Assembly: GCA_032718475.1 (NCBI GenBank)
Contig: JAUCBJ010006738.1
Location: forward strand, 1-50,917
Direction of reading: 5' to 3'
Source of the DNA: Nemertoderma westbladi
Lineage: Eukaryota > Animalia > Xenacoelomorpha
DNA: 50,917 nt
Program-made: the position numbers and the translations under genes
The notes under the pieces: generated by a model
Database searches by the model: none
Told to the model about the DNA's origin: nothing
What the model saw: the letters and a program-made list of their open reading frames with translations, nothing else
Shown here: in pieces, positions 46,850 to 50,917 of the stretch
Position numbering within the stretch: position 1 is the first letter of the stretch
How the letters are laid out: the number at the start of each line of letters is the position of its first letter

Positions 46850-48204
46850 GAGATGAAACTGATGAAAAATTTACAGGTTTTGACTAACTGCTCGCCTGCT
46901 ATAGTGATATATAACAGTTATAAACTTAACAGTAAGCAGAAAGTCATAGTAATAAACAGTAATAGAGTAATAAACAGAAATAAGGACCATAAAGATTTCT
47001 TATGATTGATTATATTTTCAAATAACTTTATTGGGAGGTGGTACTGGGATCAGGATGACTGCATAGTCCCACTCTGAGACGAAATCTAGGTTAATTTAAC
47101 ATATCAGTGTAATTACACCTGGTGTTACATGGTGGGACAAATTGTTACAGGCATCGGAAATCACCATTCAAGGGCTCTTATTGGCTGATATCGGGAGTTA
47201 CATTGGGGGACAAGTGTTACAGGAATGGACATCTGTTTTTCTCAATTATTTGTTACCAGGAAGTCGGGGCTATTGGGAATTACCACCATTGAATTCAGCG
47301 CACCGAGAGCTTTCTGGTGATATATAATATTACATACTTTGGGAAACTTTTTTTCTACAAAAAAATTAATTTTTTGGCCACTTTTTGTGAGTTTGAGCCT
47401 AATTATCAATCAATTATTGTAGAATTTACCATAAAAAAATCTTAAAAAAGACAAAAATGGCCACGTTTTTAAAAAACATATTAATATTAGCCATTTACTT
47501 TGATTTAGTTAAGCTACGGCACAAAGGTGAGTTGCCGTAAATATACGAAGGATTTCTAATACGTACGATCTATATTTACGACAACGATCGTTCGTAAAAT
47601 TCTACTCACATCAGCTTATTTTAATTTTCGTCATAAAATACGATTAATCGCAAAATAGTACGAGTGATCGTAAATGCCTTTATTACAGGAGTATAGCTGT
47701 AGAACATATGATTACATATGGTCAAGGTATCAACCCCCCTATTCTCGCCTCGGACCTGTTTCAAACTTTTATCTAGCCAGTACCACACTCGGCTGATGAT
47801 AACCGGAAGTTTGAAACCTAGGTACCGAGTTCGAGCCCCAATAGGGGCGGTTGATATTTTTCACTATGGAGAGCATTATCATAATGTACTATAACATTTA
47901 TTTAATTCGCCGTCACCCTCCCCACAACAATTCATTTATAACAATATCGTTCGTAAATATATTTACGATTAATCTTAACATGCTACGATTAATCTTAAAG
48001 TTTTATTCACACTCGCCCAGGCAGCCTCTTATGGATTTTATTTCTTTATTTTTGTTTTGAAATATAGTCTAGCAGATATCATAAATACACCTTTATCTGG
48101 ATTATATCGTCAATTTCACCGATAATTTGGAAATTCAAACCAATTAACTGTATATTTCAAGACGTAATTCTATATAATTCTATTGTTATATTTTACTATT
48201 TATA

Positions 48205-48630
48205 AACTCGCGGACCTCCGGACTCTCGTCGTCTCCCGACTCCCTCTCCTCGACTCCCATCACGCCTTCTTCCTCCTGCGGTGCTCCTTCACCATTCCGC
48301 GACTGACGTACTTCCTCCGAACGGCTCCGTGTTTCGACTTCCCGGGGCTGCTGGAGGAGTACGATTCCATCCAGCGGAGCACCCTGCAGGAGATCTCCAA
48401 CGTCCACCTGGACGACTCCGCGTGGGCACAATCCTGTTTGCCTGCGCGTTGCGGGGGTCTAGGACTGACCTCGGCTGTGCAGCTCGCACCTTCCGCTTTT
48501 CTGGCTTCCGCGGCTGCCTGCTCTGGACTCTCCTACTCCCTCTTTGAGTCTCCGGTGGACGCCCCCTCCCCATCCCACAACCGTGCCCTCGCTGCGTGGT
48601 CAACGACTCTCGATCCTGTCGTGACCCCCG
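48205..48630 (+). pseudogene. Fragment of a CRE-like non-LTR retrotransposon reverse transcriptase (C-terminal/thumb region)
   Basis: HHAFFLLRCSFTIPRLTYFLRTAP..EEYDSIQRSTLQEISNVHL..WAQSCLPARCGGLGL..APSAFLAS, sitting as an abrupt GC-rich island in AT-rich flanks. Confidence 0.75.
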
Positions 48631-48639
48631 TTCCCCCGC

Positions 48640-48890
48640 CTCTAGCGCCACCATCCTTTACGCCACCGCCACCACACGCGACGCCACCGCCACCATCCGC
48701 GACACCACCGCCTCCACCACCCACGACGCCACAACCCACGACGCCACCGCCACCAGCCCTGACACCACCGCCTCCACCCACGACGACGCCACCACCCACT
48801 ACGCCACCGCTACCACCCGTGACATCACCGCCTCCACCCACGACGCTACCACCCACGACGCCACCGCCACCGTCCGCAACACCAACCACC
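48640..48890. repeat. C-rich degenerate minisatellite (ACGCCACCGCCACCA / CCACCCACGACG units)
   Basis: Visible tandem units; accounts for the Pro/Thr-rich tail of ORF 48183..48959. Confidence 0.8.
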
Positions 48891-49859
48891 CCAGCTGCTT
48901 TTCCGTCCGCGTGGCTAATTACAAAAAATGGTAAAATTTATCAAAATTCCATAAGATAACTTTTAAAGAGCTTCCAAAGCTCGTTCGAATGAGCCAAAAA
49001 CGAAAAAATTGGTTGAAAAATGACGGAGGAGTAGTAATTTGAAAATGAAAAATGACATTCCGAGAAAATGCCCTTCAAAGTTTAAACCTTCGCGCCACAA
49101 TTGGCTGTCTGTGTTCTGGTTGGTTAATTATTTCTGGTACGAAGGATGCAGACCAAAGATCTAAAATTTTTATTACTGGGGTTTTCGGGATTGCTGATTT
49201 CATTTACGATGTCAGATTTACTGTTTGGTGGAATCTAATCTGTTTGTCTGACTGTCTGTCAGTTTTCTGTCTTTCTTACAATTTGACGGACAGACCGTCA
49301 TACAGAAAAACAGTGATAAATCGAGAACTGAAAGAGATCACACTAAGCGGTTTTCAGATTTGTAATCCTCATTAAATTCTGCTCTGGATTAAATACTTAT
49401 AATATAATAAAACAGGTATTACCACCACTAAACACTCTCGTTTGGTTGTAATAGGTCTACACTGTCTTCTACTGTAACCTCTTAATTTGCATAATTGATA
49501 CACATTATAATTTTAGTAGGCCCTATAATACTAGTAACTGTATGTTATACTAGTGGCGTGCAAGCACGCGGGATGTAAATCTTTCATCTTCAGAACACTT
49601 CTATTAAGTAATTCTAATTAATATACTAATATTTAACTTTTTTACCCTATGAAGAATTTCAAGCTTGTAAGAGAGTGGAGTTTAGGCAGTAGGGCCTAAG
49701 CTAACAGTATGGGTGTACTAAGTACAACGCGATCTTGGCAACCTCATCGATTTATACTAAACCTGTAAAAAATAAGCCGTTTTTCAACATAAACACCTTC
49801 AAGCATGAACAACAAACTGGATGTTTTACCCCGATGACATTAATTATCAAGGTTTGTCG

Positions 49860-50917
49860 CAGGGACAGGATACGATACGATACGAAAACGGATTTTCGTA
49901 TTTCATATCGCAGTATATTATTCGTATTGAATTTCGTATCGTATCATAAAAATTGACTTCGTATCGTATAATACGATAAATATTTTTCGTATTTCGTATC
50001 GTATTTTCGTATCTTATTATTTTGTAAATATTAATGTTTTTAACAGTCAAACAAGAGATCACACCACTTATTTATTTACATTTTTTTTTCTCGAAATTGG
50101 TGTATAAATTAGACAGGAGGATTATTAATCACATTGTAATTAACTGTAGAATAATGATAAAAAAGACCACTGAAATATATTTGAATTACAGTTTAAATAA
50201 AGTTTTTAGGATAACTAATCGCGCCTACAAGGCATTGATGTTGTGAGAAAAGCATTAGTGAGAGAATAAAATAAATAAAACATTTGTTTTGAAATAAAAC
50301 ATAGATTTTTCTTGTATTGCGTAGCTATTCATACTTAAACAAAATATTCCAGAACATCGTGTATTTATTAAATAGAATAAATGGCCTGCAGCGAACGATA
50401 ATTCTTACAATCTTTGAACGCCTATATCTCAGCTGTTTCTCTACGAAATTTAGACATTGTTACATATTTGGAATCCTTGCAACGCAAGCTTTTTAATGAT
50501 ATGAAAAAATTACGACTAATGTGAAGAATGGCTACGATACAGAGGGTGCGATTTCGCAAAAGACACTTTTTTAAAACGCTTATAAAAAAATTTCAAGACA
50601 AAATAAAAATTTCCGGCTTCATGTGGTCATCGACGGTGAGTTGAACTAGTTGTGTTTCAAATTTCAAGCAATATGATAAAGATTTGTAGAAAAATCTGGG
50701 GGGGGGGGGGGGGGTCCGTGTCATCAGAAAATGGCACTATAATACGGGTCATGGTGTATATTATTATAGATTTATTCGATTTTCTGTGTTTAATACAAAA
50801 TACAATACATATATTTTTATTAATTCTTAGATAAAATACGTAATAAATTCGTAAAAATTACGAAACTTCTTTCGTATTTCGTATCGTATCTTGGATTTTT
50901 CGTATCGTATCGTATCC
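49860..50917. mobile_element. hAT-like MITE running just past the window end
   Basis: Starts CAGGGACAGGATACGATACGATACGAAAA. The window ends with the reverse complement TTTTCGTATCGTATCGTATCC. Many internal TTCGTA motifs, and it encloses the ~50337-50620 repeat. Confidence 0.7.

Larger units (their letters stand above)
35113..48017. mobile_element. PIF/Harbinger-like non-autonomous DNA transposon carrying nested insertions
   Basis: 19 bp perfect TIR GGCGAGTGTGAATAAAACT / AGTTTTATTCACACTCGCC, with further imperfect subterminal similarity (ACGATTAATC repeats). 3 bp TSD CAG at 35110-35112 and 48018-48020. Confidence 0.8.

Noticed and set aside
37018-46856. Very long ORFs (up to 3023 aa) on both strands of the satellite
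   Set aside because: The consensus unit has no stop codon in these frames, and the translations cycle through three repeat peptides at each 41 bp unit. These are not credible genes.
47760-47870. tRNA gene or tRNA-derived SINE (B-box-like GAGTTCGAGCCC)
   Set aside because: No clear A box or complete cloverleaf could be built. It may be a SINE relic but is unsupported.
48183-48959. Intact 258 aa proline-rich protein
   Set aside because: A chimera of AT-rich flank, a CRE-like RT fragment and a C-rich minisatellite, with a TTG start.

Overview
AT-rich eukaryotic (probably invertebrate) genomic DNA dominated by transposable elements. The main feature is a complete 15.6 kb BEL/Pao LTR retrotransposon on the minus strand (11716-27335), with 1199 bp TG..CA LTRs and a 5 bp TCAGG target-site duplication. 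It keeps an intact 1357 aa Gag-protease ORF, but RT, most of RNase H and the integrase core are deleted. In the position where env would sit, it carries a ~4.2 kb disrupted accessory reading frame with a DEDDy (WRN/RNase D/Mut-7-like) 3'-5' exonuclease followed by CCHC zinc knuckles. It has no tRNA-type primer binding site; instead the 11 nt next to the 5' LTR are complementary to a sequence inside the LTR. A 9.27 kb apparently identical copy of its interior (553-9818) lies upstream and is joined to the end of a related but different LTR (1-552). The one clear host gene is an uninterrupted ORP1/ORP2-type oxysterol-binding protein CDS (30740-32461). A 12.9 kb TIR-bounded PIF/Harbinger-like element (35113-48017, CAG TSD) encloses a decayed DDE transposase remnant, and a ~9.7 kb 42 bp G-rich satellite appears to have expanded from that remnant's C-terminal coding repeat. 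A CRE-like non-LTR RT fragment and several MITE-like repeats fill the rest. All family assignments come from motif recognition by eye; no database searches were run.
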